DNA of 64,000 bases from Candidatus Latescibacterota bacterium (GTDB taxonomy: Bacteria > Latescibacterota > UBA2968), in assembly GCA_965204375.1 (NCBI GenBank), contig OZ241986.1, forward strand, positions 5,632,001-5,696,000, read 5' to 3'. Position numbers and translations under genes: made by a program. Below, one piece after another: positions 21,362 to 31,899 of the stretch (positions within the stretch are counted from its first letter, which is position 1; each line of letters opens with the position of its first letter). The notes beneath the pieces are model-generated. The model ran no database searches. It saw only the letters and a program-made list of their open reading frames with translations, and was not told the origin of the DNA.

Positions 21362-23245
21362 TTGAATTCCGAATTTGAACAGGGCGGCGAAGTGAGTACA
21401 CCGCATCGCGTGCTTACTGGCAGGCATCAGGTGCTCGTGGTTGTTGTGGGGGTCTGCCTGTCTCTGTTTCACCTGTGGAGCAATACGCTGGGTGTTTTGC
21501 CTGAATTACAGCGCAATGCCGCCCATTATGCTTTCATTCTTTTTTTGGGATATCTGCTTTATCCCGTTTCTACGCGCTATGCCTCGCGCACGCTGATTCT
21601 CGATTATTTTTTTGCTATTCTCTCTTTCGTCGTTGCCCTTTATCTCGTGTTTTTTGAAGACGCGCTGCACGCCCGCAACGAAGTGCCGAATACGGCTGAT
21701 CTCGTTTTTGCGGGTATTGCGATTCTCCTTTTGCTCGAGATTACGCGTCGTACGACCGGTTTTTTTATTCCTCTGCTCGCGCTTGTATTTCTCACTTACG
21801 CGCTTTTTTGGGGGCAATATGTTTCGGGTATATGGGCGTTTCCCGGGGTGTCATTGCCGCGCTTGTTGTATCGCATGTATTTCGCTCCCGATGGTATTTT
21901 TGGAACGATTGCGACTATTTCATCTACTTTTGTCGCGCTTTTTGTGCTTTTTGGCGCGTTTCTCCTGCGTTCGGGTGCAGGCGATTTTATGATTCGTCTG
22001 GCGCTCGCGTTGCTGGGGCGCACGGTGGGCGGACCGGCAAAGATGGCGGTTTTTGCCAGTGGTATGCTCGGCTCGATTTCGGGGAGTGCTGTGGCGAATA
22101 CGGTGGGGTCGGGTTCGCTTACTATTCCGATGATGAAGCGCACGGGTTTTTCGCCTACGTTTTCAGGCGCGGTCGAAGCGGCGGCATCTACGGGTGGTCA
22201 ACTCATGCCGCCGATTATGGGTGCGGGCGCGTTTATTATGAGTCAGTGGACGCAAATTCCCTATCTGACTATTGTCGCTGTGTCCTTTATTCCCGCGCTG
22301 ATCTATTTTTTGAGTGTTATCTTTTTTATACATTTTCGCGCGCGAAAACGGGGGATTGCGCCTTTACCTGCCTCAGAACTTCCAAATATCCGCGATACGG
22401 TCCGCGAAGGCTGGCATTTTGCGATTCCTATTGTGGTGCTCGTGGGTACACTGATCTACGGTTTTACACCCACGTTTGCCGCGGCAACGGGAACCGCGAG
22501 TATTGTCGGTGCGAGCTGGCTGAATAAGAATACGCGCATGAATATCCGCGATATTGTCGATGCTCTTGCGCTGGGTGCTCACAATATGATTACCACGGGT
22601 ATTATTCTGCTGTGTGCGGGTATTATTGTGGGTGTGGTGCTGATGGTTGGCGTTGGGATCAAATTTTCTTTGCTCATTTCGGCGATTGCCGGAAGCAGTG
22701 TGCTTATTACTGTTGTGCTCATCGCCATTGCGTCTCTGATTCTGGGCATGGGCCTGCCGGTGACGGCATCTTATATCGTGCTGGCAGTGCTGGCTGCGCC
22801 CGCGCTGACCAATCTGGGCGTTAGCCTGATCGCGGCGCATTTGCTGATTTTCTGGTATTCACAGGATGCCAATGTCACGCCGCCGGTTTGTCTGGCTGCG
22901 TATTCCGCTGCGGGTATTGCGGGGGCAAATCCGCTGCGTACGGGTTTTGAGTCGTGGCGCATCGCTAAGGGTATTTATTTTATTCCTCTGCTTTTTTGCT
23001 ATACGCCCATCCTTTTTGAAGGGGAGACCTGGCGCGTTATTGAGACAGTGATAGCTACGCTTCTGGGGTTGCTGTCTTTTGCGGCGGCTTCTGAGGGTTT
23101 TCACATGGTGTCGCTGGGTGTATTATATCGCGTCTTATTCCTGGCGGCAGCGGTGCTGTTGCTTTGGCCTTTGCTGGTATGTCATGCTGTTGGAGCGGCG
23201 ATTTTTCTCGTTCTGGTGTTGGTGCAAAAACGCGTCGCTACATAA
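21362..23245 (+). CDS. TRAP transporter fused (4TM/12TM) permease
   Basis: GGPAK, SGSAVAN, EAAASTGGQLMPPIMGA and TPPV motifs. Confidence 0.93.
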   Translation: MNSEFEQGGEVSTPHRVLTGRHQVLVVVVGVCLSLFHLWSNTLGVLPELQRNAAHYAFILFLGYLLYPVSTRYASRTLILDYFFAILSFVVALYLVFFEDALHARNEVPNTADLVFAGIAILLLLEITRRTTGFFIPLLALVFLTYALFWGQYVSGIWAFPGVSLPRLLYRMYFAPDGIFGTIATISSTFVALFVLFGAFLLRSGAGDFMIRLALALLGRTVGGPAKMAVFASGMLGSISGSAVANTVGSGSLTIPMMKRTGFSPTFSGAVEAAASTGGQLMPPIMGAGAFIMSQWTQIPYLTIVAVSFIPALIYFLSVIFFIHFRARKRGIAPLPASELPNIRDTVREGWHFAIPIVVLVGTLIYGFTPTFAAATGTASIVGASWLNKNTRMNIRDIVDALALGAHNMITTGIILLCAGIIVGVVLMVGVGIKFSLLISAIAGSSVLITVVLIAIASLILGMGLPVTASYIVLAVLAAPALTNLGVSLIAAHLLIFWYSQDANVTPPVCLAAYSAAGIAGANPLRTGFESWRIAKGIYFIPLLFCYTPILFEGETWRVIETVIATLLGLLSFAAASEGFHMVSLGVLYRVLFLAAAVLLLWPLLVCHAVGAAIFLVLVLVQKRVAT

Positions 23246-24416
23246 GATCATCTGAGTCGGCCAGTTGCACTGTCAGTTTGGTCAAGGCATGGGTGAGGTG
23301 TACAATTTTTTGTAGATCAATTGCACGAGGCCAACGGTCGGCGGGATGATGGAAGAGACGATTGCGACCTGTGATGGAAATATATTGCCCGCCTCTGTCG
23401 TAGATATTCCGCGCTTCGCCGCCGGGGCGCGTGCCAACAGGTGTAAAGTCTATTGCCGAAACACTGACTCCCGCAATGGCACGATGGGCCAATTGCGCCA
23501 ATTCCTCGCGTGACGCTTGTAGTCTTATGGGACAATTTGCTGCTGCAAAATTCGCGCCCAGATGAATCCAGATGTGCGCCGCTTTGATCAATGGACGATG
23601 GTGCGAGAGGAAGAAATCCAATCCCAGGTGCCCCAATTCGTGTCCCGTGCTTGCGACAAACCACACGTCTCGCTGTGGCTGATGTTCAGAGAGGGCGCGG
23701 ATCATTTCGAGCCAACATGCTATTCCACCTCCGCGTTCCGACACACATTGCCACCAGCCACTTCGCGGGGTGATGACTACGAGCGGGGGCAGGGATGAAT
23801 TTTTGCCCTGTATTCGCGTTTCAACGTTCAGTGCCTGGACTTCTGTGCGCGCTACCTGGGCTATTAAGCGCGCTTCTTTTTTAGCAGATATGGCTTCTGC
23901 GATACGCTCTTCGGCACTGTCCGGTACCTGTAATACGGGCGGTCCAAAAGGTGTTGTAAAATTCTCTGCATTGGTCGGTGTCAATCCGCGCATGTCATCG
24001 GGATAGGTTCGTTTGCATATTGCAATCATGGCTTTGACGTTGCTCCGTTGCCGGGTATGGGTAAGTTGTGGCTTGTCCCATCCCCGATTGGTCAGGTGGT
24101 GTCCCACTGCTATGGGTGCGTTATTTTCTGGACCACCCATCCGCCCTCTTACGCCATTTTTATCTGTAAATGTGCCGTCAAAAAAGGGTATGCCTTGAAT
24201 TGTTTGGTTGCCGATTTGAAGCTCTGACTGTATTGGATCAACGCGCAAATGCCGAAATTTTGTCAATAGAGGTTTTTGGCCCGTTGCTTTTATTTGTTCG
24301 GCCAAATAGTGTGCATTTTCCGTATCTCCTATTGTTCCAGTACGGTGAATGCCCTGCTGATCGTAGGTCTCCAAAATTTCGGCGACTCGTTGTTCGAGAG
24401 ATTTGTTTTTAGACAT
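23238..24416 (-). CDS. Uncharacterised protein, possibly PA-domain/M28 peptidase-like
   Basis: HRTG, PRSGWW..SERGGG, STGHELGH and FHHPAD motifs resemble a Zn-exopeptidase fold. Confidence 0.5.
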   Translation of the reverse strand: MSKNKSLEQRVAEILETYDQQGIHRTGTIGDTENAHYLAEQIKATGQKPLLTKFRHLRVDPIQSELQIGNQTIQGIPFFDGTFTDKNGVRGRMGGPENNAPIAVGHHLTNRGWDKPQLTHTRQRSNVKAMIAICKRTYPDDMRGLTPTNAENFTTPFGPPVLQVPDSAEERIAEAISAKKEARLIAQVARTEVQALNVETRIQGKNSSLPPLVVITPRSGWWQCVSERGGGIACWLEMIRALSEHQPQRDVWFVASTGHELGHLGLDFFLSHHRPLIKAAHIWIHLGANFAAANCPIRLQASREELAQLAHRAIAGVSVSAIDFTPVGTRPGGEARNIYDRGGQYISITGRNRLFHHPADRWPRAIDLQKIVHLTHALTKLTVQLADSDDLM

Positions 24417-24507
24417 TTTGTTTCTCCATAATTCTTTTGGCTAACTTCTACAACACAAAAGTATTATTATACACGATCACAATAGAATTTCAAACAGGAG
24501 ATAGACG

Positions 24508-26979
24508 ATGAATCCAGAACGCGATAAGCAAGCACCATTGACCGGGATTCGCGTTGTCGATTTCGGTCATTATATTGCCGGGCCGTTGACGGGGATGTTA
24601 CTCGCAGATCAGGGGGCTGAGGTGATTAAGGTGGATCGGCCGGGCAAACCGGATTGGGATACGCCGGCAAATGGCGTTTTTAATCGGGGCAAACAGCGCA
24701 TTACTCTTGATCTGAAAGATGTAGATGGTCTCGCGACTGCGGTGAAGTTAATGCGTTCGGCAGATGTGGTTATTGAAAATTTCCGCCCGGGCGTTATGCA
24801 GCGATTGGGTTTGGGTGCAGAAGAGATGACTGCGCTGAATCCGGGGTTGGTTTATCTCTCTTTGCCGGGTTTTGCTTCGACGGATGAAAGAGCACCAATT
24901 CGCGCATTTGAAGGTATTATCAGTGCGGCAATAGGTCAATATACAGATCTTCAGAGTAGAAGACCGGATTTGCCGCCTGTTTATACGCCGATGCCATTGG
25001 GTTCGACTTATGGTGCAATTCATGGTGCTATCGCTGTTACGCTTGCGCTGTATGCGCGTGAGGAGAGCGGGCGTGGTGATGTTATTGAGGTTTCTCTGGT
25101 TGGTGCGGCGATGTCTGCTATGGCGGTTATTATGCTGGATGTGGCGGATAAACCCGCGCGATATGGCACGCCGACTAATGCTGTTCGTCAGAAACAACGC
25201 AGTAGCGCGGGGTCGCCTTTTAGTGGTACGTTTCGGGCGGGAGATGGGCAATGGCTTTATATTATTGCGGCTGGACATTCCCGAAATAGTCGGTCACTGG
25301 TCAAGGCGCTGGAGGTGTACGATGATTTGATCGCGGAGGGGATGGTCGATGTGCCCGTGTATGAGAATCTGCATCTGACGAATAATATTCCCGATTCATC
25401 CCATTTGTCCAGTGAATGGAATCTCAAAGCGCGAGAGAAAATTGAAAGTGTGCTGGCGAGTGAACCCGCACAACACTGGGTCGATGTTTTGACGGCTGCT
25501 GGCGTGCCGTGTACGATTCAGCGCACGGCACAGGAGTGGTTGCACAAATCCGAGACCGAAGAGGCGGCTTTGACTGTTGTGGTTGACGATCCCGAATACG
25601 GTCAGATGCGGCAACTCGGCGTGCAGACGTGGCTTTCCAAGACGCCCGATGAATGCGCGATTCCCAGGCCGTCGAGACCTTTAGAAGCGTATCCGCAGAT
25701 GACGCAGATGAACGCAGATGGATCTTTTGCAGGTGGCGGTGAATCCAAATCTATAGAAGCTGCAAAACCCATTCTGGAAGGTATTCGCGTTCTGGATTTG
25801 TCCAATGTGCTCGCGGGACCAGCCAGTGCGCGCACGCTGGCGGAATACGGCGCGGAGGTTATTAAGATCGATCCGCCGGAGCCTTATTTTGGTCCGCGTA
25901 TTTCCAGTTGGTTTCCTCTGGAGGTCAGCCCTGGCAAGCGCAGCGTGATTTTGAATTTGAAAGACGAGGCTGGCAGGGTAGCTTTTATGAAGTTGGTTGA
26001 GACAGCCGATGTTATTGTTCACAATTTCCGGCCCGGGGTTGCGCAGAGTTTGGGTATTGGTTACGATGCTGTTAAGAGGCGCAAACCCGATATTGTGTAT
26101 CTCAATCTGACGGCTTTTAATGGTCCGCGTCCAGGTCCGTGGATGAATCGTCCGGGTTTTGATCCACTGCTTCAGGGATCGACGGGGATACAGATGCGCT
26201 ATGGCGGTGAGGGCAATAGACCGGTGTTGCACGGTTGGGCGTCTTGTATCGATTATATTACGGGATATTCAGCTACTTATGGCGCGGTGCTGGCGTTGCT
26301 CAAGCGCAGACGCAGTGGCGTTCCCGATGGCGGTGATTTTGTGGCGACTTCGCTCGCGCAGGGGGGGCAACTCGTGCAGGCGCCTTTTATGTATGCTTGC
26401 GAAGCCGGGTGCTCGGGCGATGAGCCGTCGGGACAGGGTGCTGTTGGTGAGCACGCGCTTCACCGCATGTATCGCGCGCGCGATGGCTGGGTTTTTCTGG
26501 GTGGTTTGGAGCAGGAGATGGGTAAGTTGAGGTGTGTTGTGGGGTTGGAGAATACACCCGATGAAGATGCTGGCGAGTTTTTAGAGGGTGAGATCAGAAA
26601 ACGCGATGTGGGTCATTGGGTCGAGGTTTTTAACGAGGTGGGACTGGCCGGGCATCGCATTGATTCGTTAGAAGATATTCGCGAGATGTTTTTGCACGAG
26701 GTAGGTGACGATAATTTGGACGCCTGGGATGATGGGCGGTCTATTTCTATTGTTCGTTTTACAGATCACCCGGTTGGCAGTGCTGTCGATCTCGCACCGC
26801 CCGCGTATGTGCGTTTGAAGAATGCGCCTGTTCAATTGCTCTACGCTTGTCCCAAACAGGGGGCGCATACGAGGGAGATTCTCGGGGAATTGGGTTATGA
26901 TGACGATTATGTTGACGATTTGATCGCAAAGGGCGTGGCGAAGGAGCAACTTCACAAATATTATTTGCCACACGGTTAG
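24508..26979 (+). CDS. Family III CoA-transferase (CaiB/BaiF) with tandem duplicated domains
   Basis: Two copies of the PL.GIRV.D...AGP...LA..GAEVIK and ADV...NFRPG motifs. Confidence 0.92.
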   Translation: MNPERDKQAPLTGIRVVDFGHYIAGPLTGMLLADQGAEVIKVDRPGKPDWDTPANGVFNRGKQRITLDLKDVDGLATAVKLMRSADVVIENFRPGVMQRLGLGAEEMTALNPGLVYLSLPGFASTDERAPIRAFEGIISAAIGQYTDLQSRRPDLPPVYTPMPLGSTYGAIHGAIAVTLALYAREESGRGDVIEVSLVGAAMSAMAVIMLDVADKPARYGTPTNAVRQKQRSSAGSPFSGTFRAGDGQWLYIIAAGHSRNSRSLVKALEVYDDLIAEGMVDVPVYENLHLTNNIPDSSHLSSEWNLKAREKIESVLASEPAQHWVDVLTAAGVPCTIQRTAQEWLHKSETEEAALTVVVDDPEYGQMRQLGVQTWLSKTPDECAIPRPSRPLEAYPQMTQMNADGSFAGGGESKSIEAAKPILEGIRVLDLSNVLAGPASARTLAEYGAEVIKIDPPEPYFGPRISSWFPLEVSPGKRSVILNLKDEAGRVAFMKLVETADVIVHNFRPGVAQSLGIGYDAVKRRKPDIVYLNLTAFNGPRPGPWMNRPGFDPLLQGSTGIQMRYGGEGNRPVLHGWASCIDYITGYSATYGAVLALLKRRRSGVPDGGDFVATSLAQGGQLVQAPFMYACEAGCSGDEPSGQGAVGEHALHRMYRARDGWVFLGGLEQEMGKLRCVVGLENTPDEDAGEFLEGEIRKRDVGHWVEVFNEVGLAGHRIDSLEDIREMFLHEVGDDNLDAWDDGRSISIVRFTDHPVGSAVDLAPPAYVRLKNAPVQLLYACPKQGAHTREILGELGYDDDYVDDLIAKGVAKEQLHKYYLPHG
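25693..25720 (+). repeat. Degenerate tandem (cgcagatg)x3 inside the CoA-transferase linker
   Basis: ccgcagatg-acgcagatg-aacgcagatg, encoding PQMTQMNAD. Confidence 0.6.
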
Positions 26980-26992
26980 GAGGAGGGTTTAT

Positions 26993-27397
26993 ATGCCGCC
27001 AGAAGAAGCAGTTGCACAGGCGAGAGAACGGGCGATTCCCGTGCTGGATGCGTGGATGGCCGGTTTTAATGCGCTGGATCTACAGGCGTGGAAGGCGACG
27101 ATGCATTTTCCACATTTTCGCCTGGCTTCGGGAATTATGCACCGATGGGAAGACGCGGATATGGACGATGGGTTTATCGCGCGTGTGAGGACGGGGTTGG
27201 GCAATATCGGTTGGCACTATAGTGTTTGGACCCGGCGCGAGATCGTCCATTGTTCGGATGAGAAAATTCACGTTGATACGCAATTTACCCGCTACCGCGA
27301 AGACGGTTCGGTGATTGCCGCTCACGATTCACTTTATGTTTTGACGTATGAGGATGGCAGGTGGGGTATTAAATTGCGCTCCAGTTTTGCCAGATAG
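26993..27397 (+). CDS. Small hypothetical protein, probable NTF2-like fold
   Basis: 134 aa with RBS AGGAGG; HFPH and [23 protein letters not shown] pattern. Confidence 0.6.
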   Translation: MPPEEAVAQARERAIPVLDAWMAGFNALDLQAWKATMHFPHFRLASGIMHRWEDADMDDGFIARVRTGLGNIGWHYSVWTRREIVHCSDEKIHVDTQFTRYREDGSVIAAHDSLYVLTYEDGRWGIKLRSSFAR

Positions 27398-27402
27398 CTA
27401 CT

Positions 27403-28440
27403 ATGAGTTACCAGAGAGAGTTCGAGAGTCGGCTGAATGTCGGCGTTGTTGGTGTGGGGTCACATTGCTACAGGAATATCCTGCCTGCGATGCATTATCT
27501 TCCGGTGAGGCTTAAGGCTTTTTGCGATTTGAGGCTGGATCTCGCGAAGGCGACGGCGGAGGAATACGGCGTGGATGCTTGCTATGCCAGCACTGCGGAT
27601 ATGTACGCGGGTGAAGATCTGGATTGCGTGTTTATCTGTGTGTCTCCAGAAGCACATCCAGAGCTGGTGTGCGAGGCGCTGGATGCCGGGCTGCATGTGT
27701 GGATGGAGAAGCCGCCCGCTACGCTCGCTTCTGAGGTGGAAACCATGATGCGCCATCGCGGGGATCGCGTGGTTGTTGTTGGTTTTAAGAAGGCATTTAT
27801 GCCGGCGACCCGGAAGGTGATTGAGTTGATGGAGACAGAGGATTGCGGTCCGCTCAGGGGACTTTCCGCAGAGTACCCGATGACTATTCCCGAAGATGGA
27901 GAGCAGGTACTCAGAACGCGCGAAGCGCCCAATTGGCTGAAGAATGGCTGCCATCCGCTTTCGCTGCTGCTCGCTGTTGGAGGCGATGTTTCGGCTGTTA
28001 CTATGCATAGAAGCGATTACGGTACTGGTGTGTGTATTCTCGAATTTGCGAGCGGTGTAGTAGGGTCTTTTAATCTGGTTTCCGCGCGTCGGGGATGCGA
28101 GCGGTATGCATTTTGGGGGAATCAGCATGTGGCGATTGACAAAGACCTTCGCGTGACTCTGGAACGCGGTATTCCTTTTAATTATTCACGTACGACAAAT
28201 TATATTCCCACGGGTTTGGATTCTGGTGCGATCTCCTGGGAACCCCAGGATACGCTGGGGACCCTTGAGAATAAGGCGCTTTTTACGCAGGGTTTTTACG
28301 ATGAACTGCGCTATTTTTGCGATTGTGTTCTGGAGGATAGGACGGCAGAGGTCGGGTCCCTGGAGTTCGCTTTGTCTGTTATGAAGGTTTATGAGGCGGC
28401 GCTGATGTCGAGAGGGCGCAGGGTCGCGATTCCGCAATAA
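27403..28440 (+). CDS. Gfo/Idh/MocA family oxidoreductase
   Basis: VGVVGVG and GLHVWMEKP motifs. Confidence 0.9.
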   Translation: MSYQREFESRLNVGVVGVGSHCYRNILPAMHYLPVRLKAFCDLRLDLAKATAEEYGVDACYASTADMYAGEDLDCVFICVSPEAHPELVCEALDAGLHVWMEKPPATLASEVETMMRHRGDRVVVVGFKKAFMPATRKVIELMETEDCGPLRGLSAEYPMTIPEDGEQVLRTREAPNWLKNGCHPLSLLLAVGGDVSAVTMHRSDYGTGVCILEFASGVVGSFNLVSARRGCERYAFWGNQHVAIDKDLRVTLERGIPFNYSRTTNYIPTGLDSGAISWEPQDTLGTLENKALFTQGFYDELRYFCDCVLEDRTAEVGSLEFALSVMKVYEAALMSRGRRVAIPQ

Positions 28441-28449
28441 GGAGTTTTT

Positions 28450-29895
28450 ATGGCTGATCAACCCAATATTCTCTATATCTTTTCCGATCAGCATCGGGGT
28501 GATGCGATGGGGTGCGTTGGGCATCCGGTGGTTAAGACGCCAAATCTGGATCGTCTCGCGTCTGAGAGTGTCACTTATACGCAGTGCTATACCAATTGTC
28601 CGTTGTGTATGCCGTCTCGCGCATCTATGATGAGCGGTCTGTATCCCCGCGAACACGGGCTGTGGGCAAATGACCAGGATGCCAATTGCGAAGGTTCCAG
28701 CCATGTGCGTCAGGTGCGCGATGCGGGTTATCATACGGCTTTGATCGGAAAGTCACATCTCTATCTCCACGGCGGGGTGCCGGCTTCGCATAGCAGAGAT
28801 CGCGTCGATGTGCTCAATGCGTGGGGGTTTGACGATCCGCACGAGCTTCACGGTCCGATTGCTTCGGGGAGACACAGTTCACCTTATACGGATTATCTCG
28901 AGGAGATGGGGCTGCTGAGGACGCATCGAAAATTTATCAATGATTATCGCATTCCGTGGCAAAGAGGGACGCTCAAGCCCTGGGAGGAACCTCCCTGTCC
29001 ACTGCCTACTGAGGCGCATTTAGATAGTTATACGGGGCGCACTGCGGCGAATTGGATTCGCAATTACAGGGGCGATAAGCCTTTTTATTTGCAGGTTCTT
29101 TGTCCCGGTCCCCACGATCCATTTGATTCTCCACAGGAGTACCGGGATATGTACGATCCCGGGGATATGCCGGCTGGTATTATGGATGCGCCGGGTGATC
29201 CCGTTCCGCTGAATGTTCGACGTATGCAGAGGAGTAAGAATTTGTCGGGTATGACGGTTGAACAAAAGCAAATTATGATGGTGAATTATTTTGCGAAGAT
29301 TACGCTGATTGATCACTATATTGGCAAGATGCTGGACGCGCTTGAGGAAACGGGTCTCGCGGATAATACATGGGTGATTTACAATTCTGACCACGGCGAG
29401 ATGCTGGGCGATCATATGTTGTATAATAAGATCGTTTTTTACGATGCGTCTGTTCGCGTTCCCCTGATTGTGCGTCCGCCCGGAGGTTCGCGGGGTTGGC
29501 AAACCGGGGCGTTGACCGATGTGATTGATGTGGTCGCTTCTATTGTTGATATTGCCAATGCCGAACCTTTGCAGACCGATGGACGGTCTTTTGTTTCACA
29601 GGTTCAAGCCGGTGCGGATGCAGAGGGCGCGCAGAGGGGGAAGGATGCCGTGATTAGTGAGGTTTTGGGGCATACGATGGTGTTTGACGGGCGGTATAAG
29701 CTCGGGGTGGAATCTGTTTCGGAGAAGTCGGTTGAGCTTTACGATTTGGAAGCCGATCCGGATGAGCTGAATAATCTGGTGGAAGATGCTGAGCTTGAAT
29801 CCGTTCGTCAGGATTTGATCGAGACGCATATTGGACCATTGCGCGATCGCTTTGATCACGATAAATACCAGCGATGGGTAAATTTGAGGAGATGA
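28450..29895 (+). CDS. Sulfatase
   Basis: PNILYIFSDQHR, CMPSR (CxPxR), GKSH and SDHG motifs. Confidence 0.93.
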   Translation: MADQPNILYIFSDQHRGDAMGCVGHPVVKTPNLDRLASESVTYTQCYTNCPLCMPSRASMMSGLYPREHGLWANDQDANCEGSSHVRQVRDAGYHTALIGKSHLYLHGGVPASHSRDRVDVLNAWGFDDPHELHGPIASGRHSSPYTDYLEEMGLLRTHRKFINDYRIPWQRGTLKPWEEPPCPLPTEAHLDSYTGRTAANWIRNYRGDKPFYLQVLCPGPHDPFDSPQEYRDMYDPGDMPAGIMDAPGDPVPLNVRRMQRSKNLSGMTVEQKQIMMVNYFAKITLIDHYIGKMLDALEETGLADNTWVIYNSDHGEMLGDHMLYNKIVFYDASVRVPLIVRPPGGSRGWQTGALTDVIDVVASIVDIANAEPLQTDGRSFVSQVQAGADAEGAQRGKDAVISEVLGHTMVFDGRYKLGVESVSEKSVELYDLEADPDELNNLVEDAELESVRQDLIETHIGPLRDRFDHDKYQRWVNLRR

Positions 29896-29966
29896 CCACC
29901 TGAGATCCCCGTCAGAAGGACTCACCCAGTGGAATCGGTTGCATTATTGTGGGAAAGGAGAGATAA

Positions 29967-30431
29967 GTGAGCAAACTACTTGAGGAGATACTGGAGCGAA
30001 AGCGAAAGCAACAGGCCGAATCGGAATTTGAACATGTAGCCGTTCGTCAGGAATGGATCTCCAACTGCGAAAAGCTCATGTCAAGGATAACCGAATGGTT
30101 GAAGCCTCTCGAAGGCGAAAACTATCTCGAAATTCAGTTAGAGTACGTTCCGATTCGAGAAGCGTTGATTGGGGATTACGAAGCCCCAGCCCTACAACTG
30201 GTCTTTTTAGACAGCCTAATTCTCAATTTTAAACCGGTCGGGTATTTCGTTATAGGCTCTCAGGGCCGGGTTGATGTGGTTTCGGGTGGCACACGTCTCG
30301 CAATGCTGATTCATAAAGGGAATGATGAGTGGGATTTCGCCAGGAGAGAGGAAATGTATGGGAAACCCAGGACATGGCCATTTAATAGAGTAACCTTCGA
30401 GGTATTTCTGGCTGATTTCCTAGAAGAATAA
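29967..30431 (+). CDS. Hypothetical protein, possible antitoxin/partner of the downstream HEPN protein
   Basis: 154 aa, GTG start after AAAGGAG; lower GC and different codon usage from neighbours; 2-nt gap to the next gene. Confidence 0.7.
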   Translation: MSKLLEEILERKRKQQAESEFEHVAVRQEWISNCEKLMSRITEWLKPLEGENYLEIQLEYVPIREALIGDYEAPALQLVFLDSLILNFKPVGYFVIGSQGRVDVVSGGTRLAMLIHKGNDEWDFARREEMYGKPRTWPFNRVTFEVFLADFLEE

Positions 30432-30433
30432 AA

Positions 30434-30964
30434 ATGCGCGAATTTGCTTACAATTCGTTGCTTCAAGATTACGCCTTGGTCCAACAGGGTGTGAAAGATC
30501 TTAGAGACGAGAATTTCGATTACCCCACGTCTGTTGAACGAGAGGAACACCGTACAGACCTGCTTGAGGAGATACGCAAGGACTATGCATTCAAGCTCCT
30601 TACGCTTCTGGAGGCAGACCTTCGAGAAGATTTTCTCAACTCTATCGAAAGTAGAAAGCGCGATACACTTAGCCGAGCGTATCGAGATTTATGTTTGGAA
30701 TATCGCAGGGAGACTCGTCAAATTAGCAAACGTGCTGCTCAGGCGTGTAGTCGGATGCCACTTGACCGGATATTCGACAAATTACGCGACTGTTTCCACA
30801 GTATTGATGAGGAATTTCGGAGGATATGTTCGGTGACCAAGGGGTACTTTAGCTTTCGGAACTGGTATGCACACGGTCGGATTCGCGCAATGCCGGTTGT
30901 TCCAGATCCAGAGGACGTATATGATGCGTATGAGCAGTTTCGAGAGAAGGTGTTGGATAGATAG
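30434..30964 (+). CDS. Putative HEPN-domain protein
   Basis: Predicted helical 176 aa with an RxxxxH motif (FRNWYAHG) near the C-terminus. Confidence 0.65.
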   Translation: MREFAYNSLLQDYALVQQGVKDLRDENFDYPTSVEREEHRTDLLEEIRKDYAFKLLTLLEADLREDFLNSIESRKRDTLSRAYRDLCLEYRRETRQISKRAAQACSRMPLDRIFDKLRDCFHSIDEEFRRICSVTKGYFSFRNWYAHGRIRAMPVVPDPEDVYDAYEQFREKVLDR

Positions 30965-31014
30965 AGGTAGGTCTGCTTGACAATTATGTGGACAGCGAGA
31001 TGAGAAGGTTAGAG

Positions 31015-31045
31015 GCTGACTGCTGAAAGCTGATGGCTGATTGCT
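31015..31045 (+). repeat. Degenerate 7-mer tandem (gctgaNN)x4
   Basis: gctgact-gctgaaa-gctgatg-gctgatt-gct just upstream of the SDR RBS. Confidence 0.7.
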
Positions 31046-31059
31046 TAGAAGGAGTTTTT

Positions 31060-31872
31060 ATGGATCGTTTGAAAGATAAGGTCGCTATTGTTACGGGTGC
31101 GGGGACGCGCGAGGTTGAGGATGAGAAGTTGAGAGGGATAGGGAGTGCGACTGCGGTGCTTTTTGCCCGCGAAGGGGCGAGGGTCATTCTGGCGGATATT
31201 GATGAGGGAAATGCGGAGAGGTCCCGGGCGGAGATTCGGGCAGAGGGTGGAGAGGCAGAGATTGTTTTGGCCGATGTTTCAAAGACGGATCAGTGTCAGG
31301 CGATTGTGGATGCGGCGATTGAACACTATGGGAAATTGGATATTCTGTTTAATAATGTAGGGGTTCACGGGCCTGGTAGGGTGACAGAAGTCGAAGAAGA
31401 GAACTGGCATCGCGTGATGGATGTGGGGCTTAAGAGTATGGTTTTTTTGTGCAAGTACGCGATTCCCAAAATGGCGGCATCTGGCGGTGGTTCTGTTATT
31501 AATATTTCGTCTATTGACGGTATGCGCGCTGGCAGTTCGCGCAATGTTCCCTATGGGATTACCAAGGGGGGGATTATTACGCTGACGCGATTGGCTGCGG
31601 TTCACCATGGGCGCGAAAATGTGCGTGTGAATAGCATTGCTCCCGGGCATCTGCACACGACTTTTGTCGGCAATATTCCCCAGGAGTTGCGAGATCGCCG
31701 CCGCAAAATTGCGCCGCTGGGCACAGAGGGAAATGCATGGGATATTGCCTGGGCTGCCGTGTTTTTGGGTAGCGACGAGTCGCGCTGGATTTCGGGCGTG
31801 GTCCTGCCCGTGGATGCCGGGCTTTTTGCGGGGTCGCCGCTGTCTATGTATGACAATTTGAATGAGGAGTAG
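31060..31872 (+). CDS. Short-chain dehydrogenase/reductase
   Basis: VAIVTGAG..GIG, NNVG and YGITK (YxxxK) motifs. Confidence 0.92.
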   Translation: MDRLKDKVAIVTGAGTREVEDEKLRGIGSATAVLFAREGARVILADIDEGNAERSRAEIRAEGGEAEIVLADVSKTDQCQAIVDAAIEHYGKLDILFNNVGVHGPGRVTEVEEENWHRVMDVGLKSMVFLCKYAIPKMAASGGGSVINISSIDGMRAGSSRNVPYGITKGGIITLTRLAAVHHGRENVRVNSIAPGHLHTTFVGNIPQELRDRRRKIAPLGTEGNAWDIAWAAVFLGSDESRWISGVVLPVDAGLFAGSPLSMYDNLNEE

Positions 31873-31899
31873 GTGAAACCTTAAAAAAAGGAGTTTTTT

